From Candidatus Eiseniibacteriota bacterium (GTDB lineage Bacteria > Eisenbacteria > RBG-16-71-46): DNA of 64,000 nucleotides. The position numbers were made by a program, and so were the translations under genes. Shown here in pieces: positions 1-9,161 of the stretch (positions are counted from its first letter, which is position 1; every line of letters starts with the position of its first letter). The notes below the pieces were generated by a model. That model made no database searches and was not told the origin of the DNA. It worked only from the letters and a program-made list of their open reading frames with translations. The stretch spans positions 64,001-128,000 of the forward strand of contig CAVZLN010000007.1 in NCBI GenBank assembly GCA_963776245.1, read 5' to 3'.

Positions 1-2
1 AG

Positions 3-500
3 GGGCGCTGGGCGGCCGACGGCCGCACCCTCGATCTGCGCTTCGGCCGGGTCGACGCGCCCGGCGGGGCAGAGGTGCTGGAGGCGGGCGGGCGCCGGTT
101 CACCGGCTGGACCGTGCTCGCGGGCGTGCCGCACTTCGTGGTGCCGGTGGACCACGTGCGCGAGGTCCCGGTGCTCGCGTGGGGCAGGGCCCTGCGCCAC
201 CACGAGCGCTTCGGCGCGGCGGGCACCAACGTGGACTTCATCGAGGTGCTCGACCCCGGCGTGGTGGCGATGCGCACGTTCGAGCGCGGGGTGGAGGGCG
301 AGACCCTGGCGTGCGGCAGCGGGGCGATCGCGACGGCGCTCACGGCGGCCATCGGCGGCATGCGTCCGCCGGTCATCGTGCACACCGCCGGCGGGGACGA
401 TCTGGTGGTATCGTTCGAGACTGGCGCGGGCGGGTACGACGTGACGCTGAGCGGGCCGGCCGAGGTGGCGTTCCGGGGCACGTGGGAATCGGCGGAGTGA
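3..500 (+). CDS. dapF: diaminopimelate epimerase, 5'-truncated at window edge
   Basis: C-terminal DapF motifs GVPHFV, GTNVDF, RTFERGVEGETLACGSG; frame open to the window start; directly upstream of dapA. Confidence 0.9.
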   Translation, partial: GRWAADGRTLDLRFGRVDAPGGAEVLEAGGRRFTGWTVLAGVPHFVVPVDHVREVPVLAWGRALRHHERFGAAGTNVDFIEVLDPGVVAMRTFERGVEGETLACGSGAIATALTAAIGGMRPPVIVHTAGGDDLVVSFETGAGGYDVTLSGPAEVAFRGTWESAE

Positions 501-543
501 GGTCGCGCGGGCGCCCGGGCGATCCACGACCGAGGAGGGACCG

Positions 544-1437
544 ATGTTCGAAGGACTGACGGTGGCGATGGTGACGCCCTTCGCGGACGGAGCGCTCGAT
601 CTCGAGAGCACCGGGCGACTGGTGGAGTTCATGCTCGAGGGCGGGGTCGAGGGCCTGGTGGTCTCGGGCTCGACCGGCGAGGCGGCGACCTGCACGGTGG
701 AAGAGCGCCGCCGCCTGTGGGCGTTCGTGAAGGAGCGCGCGCGCGGCCGCTGCGCGGTGATCGCCGGCACCGGCACCAACGACACCGCGGCGAGCATCGA
801 GCTCACGCGCATGGCCGAGGAGCTCGCGCTCGACGGCGTGATGGTGGTGACGCCGTTCTACAACAAGCCGACGCCGAAGGGACAGATCGCGCATTTCACC
901 GCGGTCGCGGCGAGCACCCGGCTCCCGGTGATCCTCTACAACGTGCCGGGGCGCACCGGGACCAACACGCTGCCCGACACCTTCGCGCAGACCCAGGCGG
1001 CCGCGAACATCGTCGCCATCAAGGAGGCCTCGGGCAGCCTCGACCAGGCCAGCGCGCTGTGCGCGAAGACGCGCTTCACCATCCTCTCGGGCGACGATTC
1101 GCTCACCCTGCCGATGATCGCGGTGGGAGCGCAGGGCGTGATCTCGGTGGCCGGCAACGTCGCGCCGCGGGCGATGCGCACGCTCTGCGACCATGCGCGC
1201 GCCGGACGGGCACGCGAGGCCGAGGCCGCTCACCGCGCGCTCGCGCCGCTGTTCAAGGCGCTGTTCATCGAGTCGAACCCGGCGCCCGCCAAGTTCCTGC
1301 TGGCCGCGATGGGGCTGATCCGGAACGAGCTGCGCCTTCCGCTGGTGCCGATCGAACCGGCGAGCGAGAGCGCGGTCCTCGCGGCGGCGCGCGCCTGCGG
1401 CGTGGCGCTCGCCGCCGGAGCCGGAGCGCGCGCGTGA
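544..1437 (+). CDS. dapA: 4-hydroxy-tetrahydrodipicolinate synthase
   Basis: AMVTPF, GSTGE, YNVPGRTG, IKEASG (Schiff-base Lys), SGDD, ESNPAP; GAGGAGG RBS. Confidence 0.97.
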   Translation: MFEGLTVAMVTPFADGALDLESTGRLVEFMLEGGVEGLVVSGSTGEAATCTVEERRRLWAFVKERARGRCAVIAGTGTNDTAASIELTRMAEELALDGVMVVTPFYNKPTPKGQIAHFTAVAASTRLPVILYNVPGRTGTNTLPDTFAQTQAAANIVAIKEASGSLDQASALCAKTRFTILSGDDSLTLPMIAVGAQGVISVAGNVAPRAMRTLCDHARAGRAREAEAAHRALAPLFKALFIESNPAPAKFLLAAMGLIRNELRLPLVPIEPASESAVLAAARACGVALAAGAGARA

Positions 1438-2189
1438 TCGCCCTGGCGCTCGCCGGCGCGGCCGGGCGCATGGGCCGGGCGGTGGAGCGCGCCGCCGCCG
1501 AGGCCGGCGGGTTCACGGTGCGCGCGCGCATCGACCGTGCGGCGGACGCCACACCCGGGTGGAGCCGGGACGCCGAGTCCATCGTCGGCGGCGACGTGGT
1601 GGTGGACTTCAGCGCGCCGGAGCTGCTCCGGCTGGTGGCGGCACGCTGCGCGGAGGTGGGCGCGCCGCTGGTCACCGGCACCACCGGGCTCGGCCCGGGT
1701 GAGGACCGCGCGCTGACCGAGGCGGCGCGACGCGTGGCGGTGCTGCGAGCGGCCAACTTCAGCCTCGGCGTGCTGGCGCTGCGCCGCGCTCTGGCGGCCG
1801 CGCTCGCCGCGGTGCCGGGGTCGTGGGACATCGAGATCGTGGAGCGCCACCATCGCATGAAGGCCGACAGCCCCTCGGGCACCGCGCTGCTGCTGGCGGG
1901 CGACGCGGCCCGGACGCGCGAGCTTCCCGGCGGCGCGCTGCGGCACGGCCGCGAGGGCCGCGTGGGGGCGCGCCCGGCCGCCGAGATCGGAGTGCACGCG
2001 GTGCGCGGAGGCACCTGGGTGGGGGACCACGCGGTGCTGCTGGCGGGGGAGGGCGAGTGGCTCGAGCTGCGCCACGTGGCCCAGGACCGCGCGGCGTTCG
2101 CGCACGGCGCGCTCGCAGCCGCACGATTCGTGGTGCAGGCCCCGCCGGGGCTCTATACACTCGAGGATGTCGTCGCAGGCCGCGCCTAG
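1434..2189 (+). CDS. dapB: 4-hydroxy-tetrahydrodipicolinate reductase
   Basis: GTG start overlaps the dapA stop (GTGA); GAAGRMG, VVVDFS, GTTG, ANFSLG, EIVERHHRMKADSPSGTA. Confidence 0.95.
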   Translation: MIALALAGAAGRMGRAVERAAAEAGGFTVRARIDRAADATPGWSRDAESIVGGDVVVDFSAPELLRLVAARCAEVGAPLVTGTTGLGPGEDRALTEAARRVAVLRAANFSLGVLALRRALAAALAAVPGSWDIEIVERHHRMKADSPSGTALLLAGDAARTRELPGGALRHGREGRVGARPAAEIGVHAVRGGTWVGDHAVLLAGEGEWLELRHVAQDRAAFAHGALAAARFVVQAPPGLYTLEDVVAGRA

Positions 2190-2289
2190 TCGCCGCCGGT
2201 GCGTCCCCGCCCCTCGGGGCGGGCGGGCCCACCGGCGGCACCGGGCGGCGGGTCCGGGGACCGCGCACCCACCCCGTTCGGGGCTCTCC

Positions 2290-5091
2290 ATGCATCTGGC
2301 GCGCCTGGCGCTCCTGCTGGCTTCCATCCTCGCGATCCTCGGCGTGGCCGCGCCGCCCGCCGCCCGGGCGCAGTCGTTCGGGAAGAACAAGGTCCAGTAC
2401 GAGTCCCTCGACTGGACGGTGTTCGAGACCGCGCACGTGCGGCTCCACCACTACGCCGAGGAGGAGAGCCTCGCGCGGCGGCTCTCCGCCTATGCCGAGA
2501 GCGTGTGCGTGGAGTACGACGCGCGGTTCCGCGTCACCCCGAGGTCGCGGGTGCCGTTCCTGCTCTACTCGGCGCACAACCTGTTCCAGCAGACCAACGC
2601 GGCCGCGGGTCTCATCTCCGAGGGCACCGGCGGGCTCACCGAGCTCATCAAGGGCCGCGTGCTCATCCCGCACACCGGCTCGTGGGCGCGGCTGGCGTGG
2701 GTGACGCGCCACGAGCTGGCGCACTGGTACATGCTCGAGAAGCTCGCGCGCGTGATGAAGGACCACCACCGCGCCCAGGGCTCGCTGCCGCCGCTGTGGT
2801 TCGTCGAGGGGCTGGCGGAGTACTTCGGCACCACGTGGGACGCCGAGGCCGAGGGGCTGATGCGCGACGCGGTGCTCTCGGGCGAGGCCGTGCCGCTCGG
2901 GCGCAGCGAGTCGATCTGGGGCTCGGTCCTCATGTACAAGGAGGGCCAGTCGTTCATGCTGTGGTTCGCCGCGCGCTACGGCGAGTCGCGGCTCATCGGC
3001 CTGCTCGAGGACTGGTGGCGCGCCGACGACTTCGAGACCGTCTTCCGCATCACCCTCGGGGAGCGCTTCGCCGACGCCGACGAGCGCTGGTTCACCGACG
3101 TGCGGCGGCATTTCTACCCCGCGATCGCGACCACCGACGCGGTCGCCGACACGGCGCGCCGATGGACGCCGCACGGCCGCTACAATCTCGGCGCGCGCGT
3201 GCTGCCCGCCGCCGCGCCGGGCGACACGGCGCTGCGATTCTGCTGGTTCGCGGCCTCCGAGAGCGGGATCGACCTGCGGCTCAGCGAGCCGGGCCCGGGC
3301 GGGCGGCGTCGCGAGCACCGGCTGGTGCGCGGCTACCAGTCCCCGCGCTTCGAATCGTTCCACCTGTTCCAGAACCGGCCCGGCGCCTCGCCCGGAGGGC
3401 TCGTGGTGCTCTCCTCCAAGCGCGGCGGACGGGACTGCATCCACGTGGTCGACGCCCGCGCGCGCCGCGTCGTGCGCACCGTGGACCTGCCGTCGCTGGT
3501 GATGGTCACCGATCCGGTCTTCTGCTGCGCCGACTCCGCGGTGGTGTTCTCGGCGCAGGACCGCAGCGGACGCAGCGACCTGTATCGCCTGTGGTGGCGG
3601 TCCCCCGAGCGCCTCGAACGACTGACCGACGACGACTACGACGATCTCGAGCCGTCGGTCTCCCCGGACGGCGGCTGGGTGGCGTTCGCCTCGGACCGCG
3701 GGGCGCGCGGCGGGCGCTACTCGCTGTTCCGCCTGTCGCTCGCGGACGGCCGGGTGGAGACGCTGAGCCAGCCGCCGGCCGGCGACGATCGTCAGCCGGT
3801 GTACTCGCACGACGGCCGCTGGCTGGCGTTCCGGTCGACGCGCGGGGGCACCAGCGACCTGTGGGTGCGCCCGGCCGGACCCGCGCGCGAGGCCCGCCGG
3901 GTGACTCGGCTGCGCGGGCCGGCGACCGACCCCGACTGGCTGGCCGACGGCCGGGGGCTGCTGTTCACCGGGCAGGAGGCGCTCAGGTTCCAGGCGTACG
4001 CGGTGCGTTTCGATCCCGATTCGCTGCGCGCGGAGCCCGAGTCGCTCGCGGCGCCGGCGGTGGAGCCGCCGGTGGTGATGCACACCGGCGCCCCGCGGCG
4101 ATACCAGCGGCGCGTCGCGCTCGATCTGGTCCAGAACGCCATCGCCTACGACCCGGTGCTGGGGGGCGGGGCGGGAGTGGGGCAGCTCACGCTCAGCGAC
4201 GTGCTGGGGAACGAGCGCTGGTACCTGTTCCTCGCCAACGACTCCGAGCGCTTCGGGGACTTCTGGGACGGCTTCCAGGCGGGTGTCACGTACATCAACC
4301 AGACCCGCCGTCTCAACTACGGTGTCGGGCTGTTCCGGCTCACCGAGCAGTACGACGCCGATCTCGACATCATCCGGCGCGAGAAGCGCGTCGGCATGCT
4401 GGCGCTGGCCTCGTACCCTTTCGACAAGTTCACGCGCATCGAGGCCTCGGCCGTGGTCCGCCACGCCAGCGATCATCTGCTGCGCGACGGGCGCGTGCTG
4501 AACCCGGACCTGGTCTCCAACTTCCTCACGCTGGTGCGCGACAACGTCGGCTGGTCCTCGCTCGGTCCCTCGAGCGGGCTGCGCGCCTTTCTGTCCGCGG
4601 GATACACGCGCGATCTGAGCTCGGGGGCCGCGGACTTCGGCACCCTCATGGCCGAGGCGCGCCAGTACGTGAACCCGGCCTCCGGGCTCGTGCTGGCCGC
4701 CCGCGCGCAGGGCCTGGCGAGCCTCGGCCGCGATTCCCAGCGGTTCTACCTTGGCGGACGATCGACGCTGCGCGGCTGGGACCGGCGGGAGCTGGCGGGG
4801 CTGCAGACCCTGCTGCTCCAGCAGGAGTCGCGTTTCCCGCTGGTGCGCGGGCTGATGCTCGCCCTGCCGGTGCCATGGGAGTTCCCGGCCATCCAGGGCG
4901 CGTCCTTCGTCGACGCGGCGTGGGGGTGGGAGGGCCGCTACCGCGAGCGCCGCGGCAGCGCCGGAGTGGCGGTGTACGTCGGCGGAGCCTACTTCCCGGC
5001 GATCCGCTGGAACTTCGCCTGGACCACCACCGACTTCGTGCGCTGGACGCGGCGCCCGCGGATGCAGTTCGATTTCGGCTTCAACTACTGA
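2290..5091 (+). CDS. secreted/outer-membrane protein: peptidase-MA-like (gluzincin) domain + PD40/TolB-like propeller + BamA/Omp85-type C-terminal barrel
   Basis: Signal peptide ending ARA-Q, QSFGKNKVQY, HELAH...WFVEGLAEY, repeats PSVSPDGGWVAFAS / PVYSHDGRWLAFRS, FYLGGRSTLRGW, C-terminal FDFGFNY. Confidence 0.8.
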   Translation: MHLARLALLLASILAILGVAAPPAARAQSFGKNKVQYESLDWTVFETAHVRLHHYAEEESLARRLSAYAESVCVEYDARFRVTPRSRVPFLLYSAHNLFQQTNAAAGLISEGTGGLTELIKGRVLIPHTGSWARLAWVTRHELAHWYMLEKLARVMKDHHRAQGSLPPLWFVEGLAEYFGTTWDAEAEGLMRDAVLSGEAVPLGRSESIWGSVLMYKEGQSFMLWFAARYGESRLIGLLEDWWRADDFETVFRITLGERFADADERWFTDVRRHFYPAIATTDAVADTARRWTPHGRYNLGARVLPAAAPGDTALRFCWFAASESGIDLRLSEPGPGGRRREHRLVRGYQSPRFESFHLFQNRPGASPGGLVVLSSKRGGRDCIHVVDARARRVVRTVDLPSLVMVTDPVFCCADSAVVFSAQDRSGRSDLYRLWWRSPERLERLTDDDYDDLEPSVSPDGGWVAFASDRGARGGRYSLFRLSLADGRVETLSQPPAGDDRQPVYSHDGRWLAFRSTRGGTSDLWVRPAGPAREARRVTRLRGPATDPDWLADGRGLLFTGQEALRFQAYAVRFDPDSLRAEPESLAAPAVEPPVVMHTGAPRRYQRRVALDLVQNAIAYDPVLGGGAGVGQLTLSDVLGNERWYLFLANDSERFGDFWDGFQAGVTYINQTRRLNYGVGLFRLTEQYDADLDIIRREKRVGMLALASYPFDKFTRIEASAVVRHASDHLLRDGRVLNPDLVSNFLTLVRDNVGWSSLGPSSGLRAFLSAGYTRDLSSGAADFGTLMAEARQYVNPASGLVLAARAQGLASLGRDSQRFYLGGRSTLRGWDRRELAGLQTLLLQQESRFPLVRGLMLALPVPWEFPAIQGASFVDAAWGWEGRYRERRGSAGVAVYVGGAYFPAIRWNFAWTTTDFVRWTRRPRMQFDFGFNY

Positions 5092-5106
5092 GGCGCGGCT
5101 CGGTCG

Positions 5107-6360
5107 CTAGGGTCCCGAGCCGTCCAGCGCGATGCTCCAGGGCAGGGCGAGCCCGGACACGCTCTCGAGCACGGCGCCGGCGGGAGAGATGCGCACCACG
5201 CGGCCCGCCCCGCTCACCACCGCCCAGGCTTCGCCGCTGGCGAGATCCACCGCCACGGCGCGGGCGCCCGGCAGGCCGGTGACGCGGAACTGCACCGTGC
5301 CGCTGCGGTCGAGCGCCACCACCGCGCCCGCGCCCGGGTCGGCGACCCAGATCCGGCCGCGGCGGTGGTCGATGCCGATCCCGACCGGGCCGACGAACCC
5401 GCGGAGGGTGTCGAGCGGCGTCAGCGACGACGAGAGCCGCACCACCTGGCCGAGGCTGAACGAGCTCACCCATACCACGCGGGTGAGCGAGTCCATGGCG
5501 AGGCGCGACGGCAGCATCACGGCCGCGAGGCCGAGCTGCACGCCATCGGCCGAGAAGCGGCGGACCGCGTTGCCGGCCCGCTCGCACACCCATACGGAAC
5601 GGTCGGCGGGATCGACGGCGACGCCGAGCGGCTCGTCGAGCGAGCCGATCGAGGACGGGGTGGCGGGGAGTCCGTTCGGCCGGAGGTGGCGCAGCTGGGA
5701 CGCCGCTTCGTCGCACACCCAGACCGCGTGGTCCAACGGGTCCACCGCGAGGGCGCCGGGTCGCCGGAAGCCATCCACCCGCAGGGGCACCGGTGCGCCG
5801 GGAGCGACGGCGACCACGCTCCCGGTGCCGTCGTCGGTGCACCACACCACTCCCGATCCCGGGTCCACGGTGACCTCGGCGGGGGAGCCGAAGCCGGTGA
5901 CGCTCTCCGCGACGTATCGTCCGTCGGCCGTGAACCGGAGCAGCGCGCCGGCGTCGAAGTCGGTCGCCCACGCACGCGCCCGCCCGGGCGTGGCATGGTC
6001 CTCGGCGGGCAGGCCGCCCACGCCCGCGGCGAACACGTGGTAGAGCCGGTACTCGTAGAGCGTGCCGTTCGCGAGACCGAGGTCCACGAACCCTGCCGAG
6101 CCGGGGGGGAAGGTGGACCCCAGCGGCGTGAAGGCCGCCTGTCCGGCCGCGCGTCGCTGGAGCTGGAACCCCACCAGCCCGGAGGCGTTCGACGAGGCCC
6201 AGCGCAGCCGCACGAACGTGTTCTCCGCCAGCGCCATGAATCCCGCCGGACGACCGCCGGTGGAGGGATTGGCGGGGTCGAAGGGGTTCGCGTGCTCGCG
6301 TCGACTGCAGCCGGCGAGCAGCGCGAGCGCCGCGATCAGAAGCGCAGCGCGAGCGCGCAT
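5107..6360 (-). CDS. lipoprotein with FN3-like domain and NHL/beta-propeller repeats
   Basis: Lipobox LLAGC; FN3-like LRW...GFQLQRR...FVDLGL.NGTLYEYRL; about 6 repeats of P-x-(A/G)-(L/V)AVDP...VWV. Confidence 0.7.
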   Translation of the reverse strand: MRARAALLIAALALLAGCSRREHANPFDPANPSTGGRPAGFMALAENTFVRLRWASSNASGLVGFQLQRRAAGQAAFTPLGSTFPPGSAGFVDLGLANGTLYEYRLYHVFAAGVGGLPAEDHATPGRARAWATDFDAGALLRFTADGRYVAESVTGFGSPAEVTVDPGSGVVWCTDDGTGSVVAVAPGAPVPLRVDGFRRPGALAVDPLDHAVWVCDEAASQLRHLRPNGLPATPSSIGSLDEPLGVAVDPADRSVWVCERAGNAVRRFSADGVQLGLAAVMLPSRLAMDSLTRVVWVSSFSLGQVVRLSSSLTPLDTLRGFVGPVGIGIDHRRGRIWVADPGAGAVVALDRSGTVQFRVTGLPGARAVAVDLASGEAWAVVSGAGRVVRISPAGAVLESVSGLALPWSIALDGSGP

Positions 6361-6842
6361 CGCCGTGGCCCCGCGTCGAGGGCGACGCGCCCGGGCGCCG
6401 GATGCCGGATGAAGCGCATCCACAGCCCGGTCGCGACGAGCGCCTCGCCGCCGAGGAGCGCGGCGCTCGAGAGCCGGTCATAGTGGGCCGCGCGGTCGTA
6501 CAGGGCCGCGATCAGACCGGGCTCGGTGGCGCGCAGGTAGTCCCCGTAGGTCCGGTTCGCGCGCGCCTGCCACGCGAACGAGGTTCCCACCAGCCCGGCG
6601 CCCGCGGCCAGGGTGAGGTAGGCGCCGAGGTGGGAGTGGGCCGGCGCCGGGTACCGCAACGGCACGATCGGGAAGGGCGAGGGGGAGGATGGCACGTGCG
6701 CCGCGGCGCCGGCGGGGGCCGCGGGCGGCGCGAGGTGGGCCTCGAGTGCGACGGCCGCCCGCGCGGAGGCGCAGGCGGCCGGGAGGGGCATCAGATCGAG
6801 CACGAGGGCCGTGACGAGCGCGGTCGCGAGACGCGGCATCAT
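6336..6842 (-). CDS. hypothetical membrane/exported protein
   Basis: MMPRLATALV... signal-like N-terminus, two hydrophobic segments, ends LALRF; lies between rpsT and the lipoprotein on the same strand. Confidence 0.55.
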   Translation of the reverse strand: MMPRLATALVTALVLDLMPLPAACASARAAVALEAHLAPPAAPAGAAAHVPSSPSPFPIVPLRYPAPAHSHLGAYLTLAAGAGLVGTSFAWQARANRTYGDYLRATEPGLIAALYDRAAHYDRLSSAALLGGEALVATGLWMRFIRHPAPGRVALDAGPRRCALALRF

Positions 6843-6859
6843 GCGGTCAGGCTCGGGTC

Positions 6860-7117
6860 TCAGGTCGACAGCTTGGACGCGAACTTCGCCAGGCGGGACT
6901 TCTGGCGGTTCGCGGTCTCCTTCTTGATCATGCCCTTGGCGGCGGTCCGGTCGAGGATGGTGACGGCCTTCATGTAGGCGGCCTGGGCCTCGGTCCGGGT
7001 GGTGGCCTCGCGTACGGCTTTCACGGCGGCGCGCATGCGGGAGCGGGCAGCCACGTTGCGCTGGCGAGCCTTCTCGTTGGTGAGGACGCGCTTGGCCGCG
7101 GACTTGTGATGCGGCAT
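6860..7117 (-). CDS. rpsT: 30S ribosomal protein S20
   Basis: MPHHKSAAKRV...RN...RSRMR...LDRTAAKGMIKKETANRQKSRL; GGAGGG RBS. Confidence 0.97.
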   Translation of the reverse strand: MPHHKSAAKRVLTNEKARQRNVAARSRMRAAVKAVREATTRTEAQAAYMKAVTILDRTAAKGMIKKETANRQKSRLAKFASKLST

Positions 7118-7160
7118 TCATCCCTCCTTGAGGATCGTCGGATCTCGGATTAGCCCGCGG

Positions 7161-7190
7161 ACATTACGACCCGCACGGAACCCCTGTCAA
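7161..7190 (-). promoter_or_regulatory. sigma70-type promoter for rpsT
   Basis: Minus strand TTGACA-N18-TAATGT, about 45 nt upstream of rpsT. Confidence 0.6.
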
Positions 7191-7253
7191 GAGCGCTCGG
7201 AATGCGGTTCGACCCGGGACCGACCCACCCCCGACGCGCGCTTCACATGGGCG

Positions 7254-7282
7254 TTGTCTCTGGTGCGCCGGGGATGTAGGGT
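7254..7282 (+). promoter_or_regulatory. possible sigma70 promoter for the uvrC operon
   Basis: TTGTCT-N17-TAGGGT, 40 nt upstream of the uvrC ATG; weak match. Confidence 0.3.
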
Positions 7283-7322
7283 CTTTGCCTCGACCCTCCC
7301 TCAGTGGGCCGCTGGGGCTCCC

Positions 7323-9161
7323 ATGAGCGCAGTGAGCGAAAAAGCGAGGAATCTCCCCGCTCTTCCAGGGGTTTACCTCTGGAAGGACGCGCGCGGCCGC
7401 GTGCTCTACGTGGGCAAGGCCCGGAGCCTGCAGCAGCGCGTCCGTTCGTACCTCACCGGGGAGAGCGGCCACGCGCGCCTTGCCGAGCTCATGGCCGAGA
7501 CGGCCGACCTCGACACCATCCTCACCGACACCGAGGCCGAGGCGCTCCTGCTGGAATCCACCCTGGTGCGCCAGCACAAGCCTCCCTTCAACGTGCTGCT
7601 CAAGGACGACAAGTCGTTCCCGTACGTGAGGGTGAGCGTGCAGGAGGAGTCGCCGCGGTTGTCCGTCACCCGCCGGGTGCGCGGGGACGGCGCGCGCTAC
7701 CTCGGGCCCTACACCGACGTCAAGCACCTGCGCCGGACCCTGCGCGAACTGCGCCGCGTCTTCCCGGTGCGCACCTGCCGGGACTTCGAGGACCACCGGC
7801 GCGCCGATCGTCCGTGCCTCTACTTCCACATCCGGCGCTGCGCGGGTCCGTGCACCACGCGTTCGCCGGTGAGCGCCGCGGGGTACCGCCGCATCGTGGA
7901 CGGGCTGGTGCTGTTCCTCACCGGTCGCGACGCCGACGTGGGGCGCGCGCTGCGTGCCCAGATGGGCGAGGCCGCCGCGGCGCGGCGCTACGAGGAGGCG
8001 GCGCGCGTGCGCGATCAGCTCGGGCTGCTCGAGAAGGCGCGCGTACCGCAGAAGATGGTGAGCCCCGCGGGAGGGCGGGACACCGACGTGCTCGGAGTGG
8101 CGCGGCACGGAACGCGCGCCGCCCTCGCCGTGCTCCTGGTGCGCGATGGCCGGGTGGCGGGCAAGGAGTCGCGTCTCGTCGAGGGGGCCGACGCGCTCAG
8201 CGACGGCGCGCTGGTCGAGACCTTCATGAGCCAGCATTATCTCGGCGCGGGCGATCCGCCGCGCCGCGTGGTCGTGCACGCGCTGCCGGAGGGGGCCGAC
8301 GTGCTGGCCGAGGCGCTCACTCGCCGCGCCGGGCACCGGGTCGAGCTGGTCGCGCCGGCGCGCGGGCGGGAGCGCCGGCTGGTGCTGGTGGCGGAGCGCA
8401 ACGCGGCGCTCGCGCTCGAGGACCTCGCCGCGCGTGCCGCCGGACGTCGCTCGAGATTCTCGCCCGAGGTGCTGGCGCTGCAGCGCGCGCTCGGGCTCGC
8501 GATCCCGCCGCACCGCATGGTGTGCTTCGACGTCTCCAATCTCGGCGCCGAGCACGCGGTGGCCGCGGTGGTGGCGGCGGAGAACGGGCGCCCGCGCAGC
8601 TCGCTCTACCGGCGGATGCGCCTGCGGCGACCCGGGCCCGACGATTTCGCGATGATCGGGGAGGCGGTGGAGCGCTACTGGGCCCGGGTGGAGTCGGGCG
8701 AGCTGCCACGGCCGGACCTGGTGATGATCGATGGCGGTGTGGGGCAGGTGGGCGCGGCGCGCGCCGCGCTCGAGCGCTCCGGCGCGCGCCCGGTGCCCGT
8801 CATCGGGCTCGCCAAGCGCGAGGAGACCGTGGTGCGCGAGGGCGCGCCGCCGATCACGCTGCCGCGCCGCAGCAGCGCGCTGCGCACGCTCCAGCGCCTG
8901 CGGGACGAGGCGCATCGCTTCGGACTGACCTACCATCGCATGCTGCGGGGACGGGCGCGGCTGGCGAGCGATCTCGAGCGCGTGCCGGGCGTGGGCCCGG
9001 CCCGCCGCGCGGCGCTGCTGCGGGCGTTCGGCTCGCTGTCCGCGGTGCGCGCCGCCAGCGCCACCGAGATCGCCGCGCGGGCCGGCCTCCCGGCGACGCT
9101 CGCCACGCGCGTCGCCGCGCACCTCGCGGGCGTCGCGGGCGCGGGGGAGGCGGGCCGATGA
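7323..9161 (+). CDS. uvrC: excinuclease ABC subunit C
   Basis: GIY-YIG PGVYLW...LYVGKARSL..RVRSY, FNVLLKDDKSFPY, Cys-rich CLYFHIRRCAGPC, UVR domain, CFDVSN, IDGGVGQ, RDEAHRFG, HhH GVGP. Confidence 0.97.
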   Translation: MSAVSEKARNLPALPGVYLWKDARGRVLYVGKARSLQQRVRSYLTGESGHARLAELMAETADLDTILTDTEAEALLLESTLVRQHKPPFNVLLKDDKSFPYVRVSVQEESPRLSVTRRVRGDGARYLGPYTDVKHLRRTLRELRRVFPVRTCRDFEDHRRADRPCLYFHIRRCAGPCTTRSPVSAAGYRRIVDGLVLFLTGRDADVGRALRAQMGEAAAARRYEEAARVRDQLGLLEKARVPQKMVSPAGGRDTDVLGVARHGTRAALAVLLVRDGRVAGKESRLVEGADALSDGALVETFMSQHYLGAGDPPRRVVVHALPEGADVLAEALTRRAGHRVELVAPARGRERRLVLVAERNAALALEDLAARAAGRRSRFSPEVLALQRALGLAIPPHRMVCFDVSNLGAEHAVAAVVAAENGRPRSSLYRRMRLRRPGPDDFAMIGEAVERYWARVESGELPRPDLVMIDGGVGQVGAARAALERSGARPVPVIGLAKREETVVREGAPPITLPRRSSALRTLQRLRDEAHRFGLTYHRMLRGRARLASDLERVPGVGPARRAALLRAFGSLSAVRAASATEIAARAGLPATLATRVAAHLAGVAGAGEAGR

